A DNA stretch of 50,928 nt, taken from Clostridiales bacterium (GTDB lineage: Bacteria > Bacillota > Clostridia > Christensenellales > UBA1242). A program made the translations under genes and the position numbers. The stretch lies in the NCBI GenBank assembly GCA_050872745.1, contig JBNMHL010000003.1, forward strand, positions 1-50,928. Reading direction: 5' to 3'. Of the stretch, positions 31,001-37,531 are shown piece after piece. Each line of letters opens with the position of its first letter. The first letter of the stretch is position 1. Below the pieces are notes generated by a model that made no database searches, was not told the origin of the DNA, and was given only the letters and a program-made list of their open reading frames with translations.

Positions 31001-33496
31001 TTCTAATGTTTTGTATGACTCAAATGCGTAAATCTCAGTTTCTGCTGAGGTTTCGGTTATGTTATAAATATGGCAAACATCAGTTGTTTTGTGAGAGAAT
31101 GTGTAGTCGGAAAGAGATGTTGAGTTTGGATTTGTTTTTGTGTAGAATCTAAATGTGTAGATATATTCTTTTAAGGCAGATTTGTTTGGAGATAAAGACT
31201 CATATATGTTTGCCTCAATTTTGATTTTTGAAAGGTTTGAGTTGTTTGTGATATCTTTAATAGTTATAAAACTTGTTTCCGAAACCCTATTAACATATGT
31301 TGTGCCTAAAACCGTTGTGTTAGGAGTTAGTCTAGATGTTGTTTGGAAGCCAGTTTTGTAAGTTGTTTTAACTCCGTTATAGTCGTGAGAATATTCAACA
31401 GAATAGTTTGCAGGGTTGAAAGTGTAGGTTGGATATTCGCTAGTTGAATAGTTATAATAATAACTTAAATAGTTTTTGTTTGTGTTTGTTTCATCAAAAG
31501 CGGTGTTTCCCTCATAAAGGATTTCAGTGTTTAGTGTTGGATATTCACTATAAGAGTTGGTGTTGTAAAGATAAACGCTATATTCAAATGAACTAGATTG
31601 AGGTTTATAGTTTCCGTTTGCATCTTTTTCAAGATATGTGTAGTTAAATGTGAATGTGTATAAACCTTCAGCATTGCTAATTAGTTTTTTGCTTGTTTGG
31701 TTGTTTTGATAAGCCCAGACATTTTCTAGGTCTATATATTGATACCAGTAGTTATTGTGATAATCACTACCACTTGAAAAACTTGAACCAGTTTGAGTTA
31801 TAACATCATTTAGAACGATATTAGCATTTTTGTAGTATTTGTTGTTTAATTTTGCACTAACGCTAAGCGCGGTTATAAATGCTTTTGAACCAACTGATGA
31901 AAGAGTTGGGTTATAAATGTCGCCAAACGCGATGTAATAATTCTCAATGTTTTCGTGAACGCTAACACCGGATTCCAATGCGGTTTTTGTTTGGTGGTTA
32001 TCTAATTGAATATATTGATTTTGGTCTTTTTTGCCTTTTAAATTGTCGTAGTAAATTTTATTGAAAATATTTTTATATTCAGTTCCAACTTTATAGTATA
32101 AATTATAGTCTTCATTTTTTAACTTTCCTTTTTCATCAACATCAAAAACGTTTTCATCAAGGAAAGTATAGATTGATGTTTGGTTGTTGTTAATTTTTAG
32201 TGATTTAACGTTTTTATATGCATCGTAATTACTATAATTATCGCCATTTTTCTTATACAACTCATAATAGTATTTATCATCATCTACTTTTGAAAAAATG
32301 TTGTTTTCAATAAAAGTTTTGCAAATATCAGAAATTTTTATATATTTAAAGTCGCTTGGGTTAACTTTAACCGGAGTTGACGCAGATTTATCAGGGATAA
32401 GTGAATATGTTTCTGTTTCAGATTCATTTTTAAATATTGTTTTTTCATTGATTTGTTGATAACCTAGGGCAGAATTATAGTAAAGGTTTGGATTAATTGA
32501 ATAAACATTGCCCTGATTAGCTTCGGTGTATGTTTTAATTTGAAGATAGGTTGAGCTGTCAATTTTGATATATAATGAACTGCTCAAACTTTCCGGCGCA
32601 GAGTCTTCCTTTTTATATTCGGTTCCTTCTAATTTGTAGAAGTCAGTTTGGTCAGCTGAAATTGGATAATAGTTGTTATCAGTGTCTTTTATGTAATAAA
32701 TATTTGTTCCAAGCATTGGACTAGCGTTGCTAACGATAGTGAATAAGTCGTTTAAAATATCGAAAGATGATATTAAATTATAGTTTTCAAAAGTTTTATA
32801 GTTATAGCCGTATGGAAGAGAAATATTATAACGATTGTCTTTTTCCTCTATAAGGTCAATTATATTTGAAGTGTCATTAAATTTGTATGAGATGTAGTAG
32901 TAATCGGTGGCAGTGGCAGAAAACTCGTTATTAGCAGAACAATAGTATCTTGAAGGCTTTGGATCAGCTTCAATATCGGTTGGCTTATCAAAATAATAGA
33001 AATTGGTTCCATCGTAGATGTATTCGTTGTTATCTATTTTAACAATAGAGCAATTTCGCAAATCAATTCTCTTATAGCGGGTTCCATCTGATTTTTGATT
33101 CGTTCCATATTTATCAATAATGTTAATAAAATCAGTTGGACTTTCTTTAGAATAGTCTTGTTTATCAGTGTTCCAATAAATATCGTTTGAGATAAACAAA
33201 TAGTCAGACTCTGAGTCTGCTAGGAAGCTATAATAACTGCCATTTTGATTTTGCAAGCGAGAAGTGATACTTGTGTTTGAGTTGTAAGCATCAATAAATT
33301 CACTATTTTCAAAAGTTGGCTCAACCTCACGCAAGTTTGTGGTGGCAGAGATGAAATTTATTCCTTGAGCCAAATCGCTTTCCGCACTTGCCTTGCTTCT
33401 AAATAGTAAAGAAAAAGATAGCATAAAACTAAAAAGTATGCTAAATGCGATTAAAACAATATTAGAAACACTAATTCTTCTTTTAACTTTTTCCAT
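22064..33496 (-). CDS. Giant 3810-aa surface protein with probable Ig-like beta domains and a C-terminal TM anchor
   Basis: Signal peptide ending ASA|E; N/S/T/Y-rich; DxAGN motifs (DSAGN, DAAGN, DLAGN); TM ILIVVAVVVAVGLTVVFIII followed by RRKIRFK; no LPxTG. Confidence 0.85.
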   Translation of the reverse strand: MEKVKRRISVSNIVLIAFSILFSFMLSFSLLFRSKASAESDLAQGINFISATTNLREVEPTFENSEFIDAYNSNTSITSRLQNQNGSYYSFLADSESDYLFISNDIYWNTDKQDYSKESPTDFINIIDKYGTNQKSDGTRYKRIDLRNCSIVKIDNNEYIYDGTNFYYFDKPTDIEADPKPSRYYCSANNEFSATATDYYYISYKFNDTSNIIDLIEEKDNRYNISLPYGYNYKTFENYNLISSFDILNDLFTIVSNASPMLGTNIYYIKDTDNNYYPISADQTDFYKLEGTEYKKEDSAPESLSSSLYIKIDSSTYLQIKTYTEANQGNVYSINPNLYYNSALGYQQINEKTIFKNESETETYSLIPDKSASTPVKVNPSDFKYIKISDICKTFIENNIFSKVDDDKYYYELYKKNGDNYSNYDAYKNVKSLKINNNQTSIYTFLDENVFDVDEKGKLKNEDYNLYYKVGTEYKNIFNKIYYDNLKGKKDQNQYIQLDNHQTKTALESGVSVHENIENYYIAFGDIYNPTLSSVGSKAFITALSVSAKLNNKYYKNANIVLNDVITQTGSSFSSGSDYHNNYWYQYIDLENVWAYQNNQTSKKLISNAEGLYTFTFNYTYLEKDANGNYKPQSSSFEYSVYLYNTNSYSEYPTLNTEILYEGNTAFDETNTNKNYLSYYYNYSTSEYPTYTFNPANYSVEYSHDYNGVKTTYKTGFQTTSRLTPNTTVLGTTYVNRVSETSFITIKDITNNSNLSKIKIEANIYESLSPNKSALKEYIYTFRFYTKTNPNSTSLSDYTFSHKTTDVCHIYNITETSAETEIYAFESYKTLESKYENDIESIGDFTSGKYIKIEKSFNTQETVVTKTTRSTVYLLINNSNEDYSSTLTEDTYTSISSTTAELKITFYEDTKKYISETLKSESATYLSNGESKTNTSDESKIINNFPKVDDYKNSKLICGYKYALEFKELGVYHFENKYLISTQSINDEYVILENAPTQNFNSTFLNREIENVNQNGYNLEIFGIRSYFNKNGETELKYDVDKIYSNQTFALDSSIIIASNSNNPLSNHNNVVNGLFNNGTSKNSLPVTNMPPITFKTNCNYAYNGIVSKSMLYKFDLNSVSLGSDNKVTLKPELLTDGNVNLSKASEFYFSKNSYPSADGLYIIVAEYNNINYAEDKPLTHFSSEKGKFYKNEKESNNKFYQVFAFVIDNSSPNVKIEKETFKAKSSSELTGSYISLNTNSFTNQNVRLTYDYPTYFQYDKNIQLQKANFNGITSKYGSSATNGFVSYPASIEKNEKLTFSYIDDEGNTQTFELKDSKNDSLYQTVYSNNLVKTPLFELFDSSNNQIELNGKSQFYISDINLLSNSEKKDLAKKIDHCKIIKESYQMTVFAKGSDNSGSYWGSGNYSIKISYGSSNSSYVVYNFTIDTLPISNTKLNKVIKNEDGSYSISKNTTFANQNTSNLINEMFTLTYSAKESGSPITTKYRKITFDFNSTLGSKIIEGLDFEGISISNFINADSSTASIEYDYLYNPEFDLEGKVYANNAFNPSSSTIYEFTITDSAGNSEYFVVIFDATTPEYNLTFTNPDKPYYNTGSIKIIDDSTEVYWGNYKAIKLEAESIDEEYVFNNGINHKATLNDKLLKDIYLNPNKFWGTNLKRFWEVKKGTSSAIKEVELNEDGSLKYTTDFKDSNGWEITTTTKDSYTKPIISYYLLVPLGDVSFRVESTSNTTNTQYKIYNPISSGIRSVLLDVSATALAENYVEKYYPTLSSNSDKYKALISKIKSEVLANPVNNNYGFIGENKYIFNITDILRNTAGDSLWMNFDKTLAYVEGTFEEKSIILTKNTSGSFVNQSNRDNSLLKALTPESTYSAGQLYLSFETNETIPAYTLDYKFYDFDLDFFNTYNLTDYKSLDESNESYVFEFEDSTNNKVYKYTEENNNKHIVNADNTSLIRQEPVSNYPFSIAPSGNYITNIDLNADKNILINNLKSQNNKWNLIYSSKATNNSINDYTQINTTNSVRRYSNILNYQMKNNYINSKQGLYVFRRIYTDCVDSSTGIVKSEEVTGISLGNDYAIRYYVYYIDRNRIIDLSSAIGNEIAMILGYGVNENNYKETFDYSSIESIRSNLVDSSSSSTNPTFSQLTMNSDSNLIETNKMLFKLNYVHDKYNVCNEYNKQIVNNSSTSNYLSKLNAKLKAETDATKQTEIQNEISIFKNVAKSYVFNTSTDKFNLNFSLSEKTNASNPSYSFVGTRNQMNNIINPNNNSSNKNLGLVSFNELNGTASTSSDNSGFKSLYQSTTDYTNPINNPISIILRNPMKYNLVITDNAGISDADNNKNNAQANSYQVYYEVKTKHPEGSYWGKNSTSNYKSNEDSSSDNYKTNLFEEFSKLLDISTATPDDTADKLYGYSNNNSLFFYYKQTTSKFDAEIEPYKVVVTKIDEVNYRSSIIFEVNRTSDGSFEIPSRYNSNAFIQNKEENPNEWIIVVFDNNTATKEFKNILADPKDNAEYRITINYRGDSSLYLDSNNENSSYSSTNILIVDKVKPLYNLIKLMENDKTYSHSNLTNLPSGYNFDIENYYYSLLKSGMSEIQIQYRFKQIYDSFTSNIYGEFLNTKADSTTTLAKEPYFFALNDITKIKNIFTYLYNNNGELEPSGLANNLDSYSYFFFKKIEAPSNYYYSLTSDDYTSNNGLNNPFFTESKATETPDIISPNSYYKFNFSDLEYKKDLFESNSYYEIIERDAAGNYMVYAIYLTSENTYTLDYSSATLTNETAKAGLIGDEFKNSIAVNGKDLEITSNGNDKYLKAYITYTFTNNEGDGSEKIYSNIPNPIILTHTPTSGLIKIDLNGCDLIEYTSLELNTEDASEDFYNLISTNLTKDISHNGILDKIIQKYGSTANDFIFKITLVDRIGGLIDIEYKYPGKLLNVIFEELSDRLKVTIPEDKTTIATYIKNFEIMVYKDGKLSDEIMSLGDMLKNPVIPNNKGKSLGGATYYLGSGSYVITTIDNFDRKNVQNYAFNVGKVIQNVNFTGATVYKDLIKHTAKPVEVTVDKSFYKLYISYEASQESNQITYEWINNLDELNPLEPITIKNKSDLELFTISYLPVGETGAKYTITPIDNRVTNIIVQFQLLKDTSTPRVSGIITDEILIENNTDYEIFTLFTKIPDLKVTNLSNRRLQVVNNQSFIEDINLSIDGDITEDYNANYFNPILVIKFKAKDSNTIDTLSVISYTTSTPGIYEVCVTNDLGYLNNTFTFTREAENISLYSVFAVNKTSGITTKLSPSTIYTTTQKVDSATYLVYHYYALSNFGNYTKTTVDGKVSYSPDESNNSGYIKVISNTNNNITTVIDSATSDTGTITDGKFNARSVTYKVVVGNTESTKIVNYFKIHFVSTSSSFTSFKIDGTDINTNKINSSKNEITLSLKNSYNSNNTTDAEYSGNSIYFEYFYNGESIESVSPSSITTPATLKLSDTGVYRVYVKDLAGNTLTFSGKDYIDIYLINQVVYTINENDANEPKVPIKNYITNKSVVLKLYDTLNGEKLYTLNTDSIEIYRNGTQLTDMAQSAPNTYTFTTAGSYKVVVKVVVGSEPITTEIQFTIVNANYAIPSFNISTTKNFEVVRVRKYPLVSDDTRYTEIVALRGKTSLWLSTISDDVKNENETGNGLYSVTLRWYHLGSKQFYEFTFDVRINDETPTLTANIDFGTSTKKPIVISYNPGKIYEQVGEAFLVVNGNTIANIDSNSINGLATYTITATGTYWISITDPEGNVLSSYKVIKKTPLNTTAKILIVVAVVVAVGLTVVFIIIRRKIRFK

Positions 33497-33595
33497 ATTA
33501 AACTACTCCCATTCATTCAACCGTAAAACTTATAGCATTATATTTATCACGTTAAATTTCCAATTTTCAACATAATTCTTGATAATACTAAATAA

Positions 33596-33623
33596 ATTTT
33601 ATCACACTAGCATAAAAAGTCAA
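33596..33623 (-). promoter_or_regulatory. sigA promoter of the giant surface protein
   Basis: TTGACT-16-TAAAAT with TG extension. Confidence 0.6.
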
Positions 33624-33823
33624 AATATTTGAACTATATTTATTATATATATAATATATTTTAAACAATAAACTTATTTATATGCAATCGGACTGAATTG
33701 GGTTAGAATATATAAAAAATGTGAAAAAGGTAGCCGAAGTGATGAAACTTATAAACATTTCGAACCAATGGAGAGTTTTATTTAAAATAAACATGTTTAA
33801 AGGTAACAAACATTTGAAGCGGT

Positions 33824-33874
33824 TTATCATAAAAAGCAACCTCCTTGATCTTAGGAAGTTGCTTTTTATGATAA
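33824..33874 (-). terminator. Terminator after virD4
   Basis: TTATCATAAAAAGCAAC...GTTGCTTTTTATGATAA. Confidence 0.75.
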
Positions 33875-33891
33875 CAACAAATTTAAAGTTA

Positions 33892-35907
33892 TTAAATTTT
33901 CAAGCCAGGTTGGCCATTTTGTCCGCCACGAAGGATTTTTTGGTTTCTTAGGCGGATATCATAGTAAAGAGATTCTTCATCTAGAGGCTTTGGCATCTTA
34001 TAAGAGTCGTTAGGTTTTTTCATATAGTAGAATTGAGTTGCCTTATAACTTGGTGTGAAAGTTGACCTAATTGGAGGCTCTTTCAATATTGAAATTATGC
34101 ATTCGCCAGAACCAAGAGTTGCAAGCTCTGCAGGGTAAATAAGCGGTCTTTGGTCTAGGCTTATAGATGTTGAAGTTGTGGCTTGCTCATCTTTTTTGCC
34201 TTGGTTTGATGAAATACTTTCAGTTTCAACGCTGGTGTTCCCGCATCGTTTACTAAACTCTTCCAAAGTGGTTTGGTCGTTTGATGCAATAAAAACGTGA
34301 ATGTTGCAGTTATCTTTTATGGTTGATGAAACATCTTGACCATATTTGATTGTTAACTGTGAGTATGATTGCAAAATAAGAGTGAAGAAAATTCTTCTTG
34401 ATCTGGCAACAGTGATAATTGTTTCAAGGTTTTCAATTTTTGGCATATTTGCAAATTCATCTAGAATGAAGTAAACATTTCTAGGGAGTTCCCCGCCTCG
34501 TTTATTTGCCACATCAACTAACACTTTATATAATTGAGAGATGAAAAGTGTTGCAATTGGGTGACGCGTTGTTTTTTCATCTGGGATTTTAATAAATAAT
34601 GCGGTTGGTTGATCGGCAAAATTTGTTAAGTTCATTTCGTTGTGGCTAGTGGCGTAGCATATACCTGAGTCTGAGAATAATCCCATACGGTCGGTAACGA
34701 TACCCATATATGATTTTGCGGTTTTTTCCGCGTTGGTTACAACTTGGTTCGCAAGCTGAGTTGCAAGGCTTAGTTTATCTCTGCCTTGGAAGTATTCGGT
34801 GATGCTTCGAATTGGGTTATAAGCATCATTATCTTTTAGGTTCAAAATTTTTGATAGGTTATAGAAATTGTAACGTTCACGCGTCATTCCTAAATCGGGA
34901 TTTCCGCTATCTTCTAGCATTGCAAGCATTGTTCCTAAAACCAAGTCTTTTGCACCACGCTCCCAAATAGGATCGTTGTTGCTTTGAATTGGGCAAAGTG
35001 CTGTTGCGATATCTTTTAAATCTTCAAAGGCATCGTTTTTAAGTTTTTGCTTCAATCCGATCATTTGAAGGCGAAGGCTTTGCTCATCTGCAAAAGCACA
35101 TCCATCGAATTCATACCATTCGTTGTAGTAAATTTTATTAACGCATTTTAGCCCTAAATCTCGCGGATCTTCACCTTTATGCACTTTGATTTCACTGCTC
35201 AAATGATTTGCTCTATAGTTCATTTCGTATGCTCTATCCATAGGATTCCAGCATGTGCTTTGGAATGGTTCTTTAAGGTCGAAAACCATGATGTTATAGC
35301 CTTTTAGCCTTAATTTTTCACTATGCAAATCATATAGCTCGCCTTTTGGATCGGTTATAACCATGCAAGGTGCTGCTTTGCTTTCACCTAAAATTTGAAT
35401 AGTAGGGTTAACAAATTGAGTTGTTTTACCAGAGCCAGTTGAACCAATAACTAGAGTGTGTATGCTTTTATACATGTTAATTTCCAACTGCCTTCCCACA
35501 ACTTCCGCTCTAATAGGAACACCAATTTTAGTACTTTTTGAAAGTTGGTCGTAGGTGTGGAACATATATTTAGGATCTTTTAAAAGGGCTGAACGGCTTA
35601 GCCAATCGGTGTCGTAAAATTTTGAAAGTTTTCCTTTTGCCTTAACGCTTGCTTTTCCATCTTTTGATTTATCGCTTAAGTTTATAAGCATAAAAACCAA
35701 TGCTAATCCAAACATCATAACGAATGAAAAATAAAACAATGAGTTTGAAAAAACATCCACAGAAAATACGAATTTCCCAAATGAAATAAATGATGAAATG
35801 ATGTAGGCGGCAATAGCTAAACCTATTGCAAGTATGAATGCCTTTAGAAAGAATCCAGTTATTTTGGTGGAATAGGTGGATTCTTTATCTTTTTTATCCT
35901 TTGCCAT
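33892..35907 (-). CDS. virD4: Type IV secretion coupling protein (VirD4/TraG family)
   Basis: Two N-terminal TMs; HTLVIGSTGSGKT (Walker A), ITDPKGEL, WNPM, FILDEFAN (Walker B), ARSRRI, LQSYSQL. Confidence 0.92.
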   Translation of the reverse strand: MAKDKKDKESTYSTKITGFFLKAFILAIGLAIAAYIISSFISFGKFVFSVDVFSNSLFYFSFVMMFGLALVFMLINLSDKSKDGKASVKAKGKLSKFYDTDWLSRSALLKDPKYMFHTYDQLSKSTKIGVPIRAEVVGRQLEINMYKSIHTLVIGSTGSGKTTQFVNPTIQILGESKAAPCMVITDPKGELYDLHSEKLRLKGYNIMVFDLKEPFQSTCWNPMDRAYEMNYRANHLSSEIKVHKGEDPRDLGLKCVNKIYYNEWYEFDGCAFADEQSLRLQMIGLKQKLKNDAFEDLKDIATALCPIQSNNDPIWERGAKDLVLGTMLAMLEDSGNPDLGMTRERYNFYNLSKILNLKDNDAYNPIRSITEYFQGRDKLSLATQLANQVVTNAEKTAKSYMGIVTDRMGLFSDSGICYATSHNEMNLTNFADQPTALFIKIPDEKTTRHPIATLFISQLYKVLVDVANKRGGELPRNVYFILDEFANMPKIENLETIITVARSRRIFFTLILQSYSQLTIKYGQDVSSTIKDNCNIHVFIASNDQTTLEEFSKRCGNTSVETESISSNQGKKDEQATTSTSISLDQRPLIYPAELATLGSGECIISILKEPPIRSTFTPSYKATQFYYMKKPNDSYKMPKPLDEESLYYDIRLRNQKILRGGQNGQPGLKI

Positions 35908-36028
35908 ATAATTTTCCTTTTTTCATTATACTTTACTTAGATTTAATATTTTAATTTGCTCGAATTGATTAGTTGTATAAAATAGATTTATTCAGTATTT
36001 AGAGTTATTAAATCTAATATATTAATAT

Positions 36029-36057
36029 ATTTTAACTTTATTATATTTTTTAGTCAA
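36029..36057 (-). promoter_or_regulatory. sigA promoter of virD4
   Basis: TTGACT-17-TAAAAT. Confidence 0.65.
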
Positions 36058-36497
36058 ATAATATTCGAATATTTGTTTTACTTAACGATTTTGAGCAGTG
36101 ATTGGTTTATAATAGTGATCAATCAATAGATTAAAAAGTGTGGGTTTTGCGATGCTGAGCAAATTAATTTGCTTAAATAAATGGTTTAAAAAGTATTAAG
36201 AATGGTAAAGATAATTTAAAAGATAGGGTGTGTTTGGATATGAGGGTTTATTTGTTTTTTAACCAGATTAAGCACTACTAAAGATGGTGCAACAAAATAA
36301 AAGGTTAAAGTTTAAAAATATAACCTTAAAATATTAGTTATGATTATTCAATTTTGTTATGATGGTTTAAAATATATTGGAATTGGCATAATATTTAAAA
36401 AAAATTAAAAATATAGCCTATTTTGTTTGGTTGTGAAAAAAAAATGTGATATATTAATGTTAATTAAATTGTATTTTAATGCGATTCGGAGGGAAAA

Positions 36498-36860
36498 ATG
36501 TTTAATAAATTAATGAGTGCAATGATAGGATTTTTAGGTTCTGGTAGTGCTCCATCAGATGCGTTAAGTGATTCTCCTAGTTGGTTGGTGCAAACTTTTG
36601 CTATTGTTTGGAAGGTTATAGATGATATTTTGTGGCCAGCTTTTGCTATTATTGCAACTTTAGGTATTGTTTATGCAATCGTTCTAGGTGTTAACTACGC
36701 TAAGGCTGAAACATCAGATAAAAAAGAAGAAGCTAAAAAGAGAATTATAAATGCTGTTGTTGGTGTTGTTGTTATGCTAGCATTAATAGTTATCTTAAAA
36801 GTATTTGTAAGTAACATTGCTGGCGTTAGAGAATGGGCTGATAACTTAACAAAAAAATAA
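36498..36860 (+). CDS. VirB2/TrbC-like T4SS pilin
   Basis: 120 aa; two hydrophobic helices separated by AKAETSDKKEEAKKRIINAVVG, the pattern of T4SS pilins in Gram-positive/Mollicute/CPR systems; GGAGGG RBS. Confidence 0.8.
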   Translation: MFNKLMSAMIGFLGSGSAPSDALSDSPSWLVQTFAIVWKVIDDILWPAFAIIATLGIVYAIVLGVNYAKAETSDKKEEAKKRIINAVVGVVVMLALIVILKVFVSNIAGVREWADNLTKK

Positions 36861-36887
36861 TATAATTTTAAAATATAAATGGAATTT

Positions 36888-36928
36888 AGCAATCTATGGG
36901 ATAAAATATATCTCATAGGTTGTTTTTT
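36888..36928 (+). terminator. Pilin terminator
   Basis: AGCAATCTATGGGATA...TATCTCATAGGTTGTTTTTT. Confidence 0.7.
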
Positions 36929-37321
36929 GTTAATTTATAAAAATTGGGTAATTTAGGCTTTTTTTAGGTTTTTTTGAAGGTTTTTGAGCGACAAAATTGA
37001 TTTTTTACATTATATAGTGGAAATAATTTTAAAATTTTATTTGAATTAAAAATGACCAAATTTGATGGGATGAATGGTGAATTTATTAAGTTTTGATAGT
37101 GAGCAAAAATTAAAGGCGTGGGAAATTTGTTGTTTAATGATTTATGATCATGATCGGCACTTTGGAATGGTGGAAATGTTGATGATAAGCGTTTTTATGG
37201 TTTTAAGTTTGAAAGTTGATAGTTTTAAAATGCTAAGAAATGAGCAGCTTTGATTTTGCTATAAATTGGTTTCAAATTTGATTTAAATTTGACCACAATT
37301 TAAAAACTTATATTAAAATAT

Positions 37322-37350
37322 TTGCTATTATTTTATGATAATTGTATAAT
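37322..37350 (+). promoter_or_regulatory. sigA promoter upstream of the VirB6-like gene
   Basis: TTGCTA-17-TATAAT; a second extended -10 TGCTATAAT at 37474. Confidence 0.5.
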
Positions 37351-37531
37351 ATTGTATAATTATATAATATATAGGGAAAATATTAATAATTTTAGTTTGT
37401 GCGTAAAATTAATTTCTTGAACAAAATTAATGGAAAAGTTTAGATTTAAGCTTTAGTTTAGATTTGAATTGGTTGCTATAATATTATAATATGCGGAATA
37501 AAAATAGAATGGAAAAAGGAGGAAAATAGTT

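Noticed and set aside
23263-33951. Small ORFs within or next to the 3810-aa gene, and 33721-33951
   Set aside because: Alternative-frame or antisense shadows; 33721-33951 spans a terminator and overlaps the virD4 3' end
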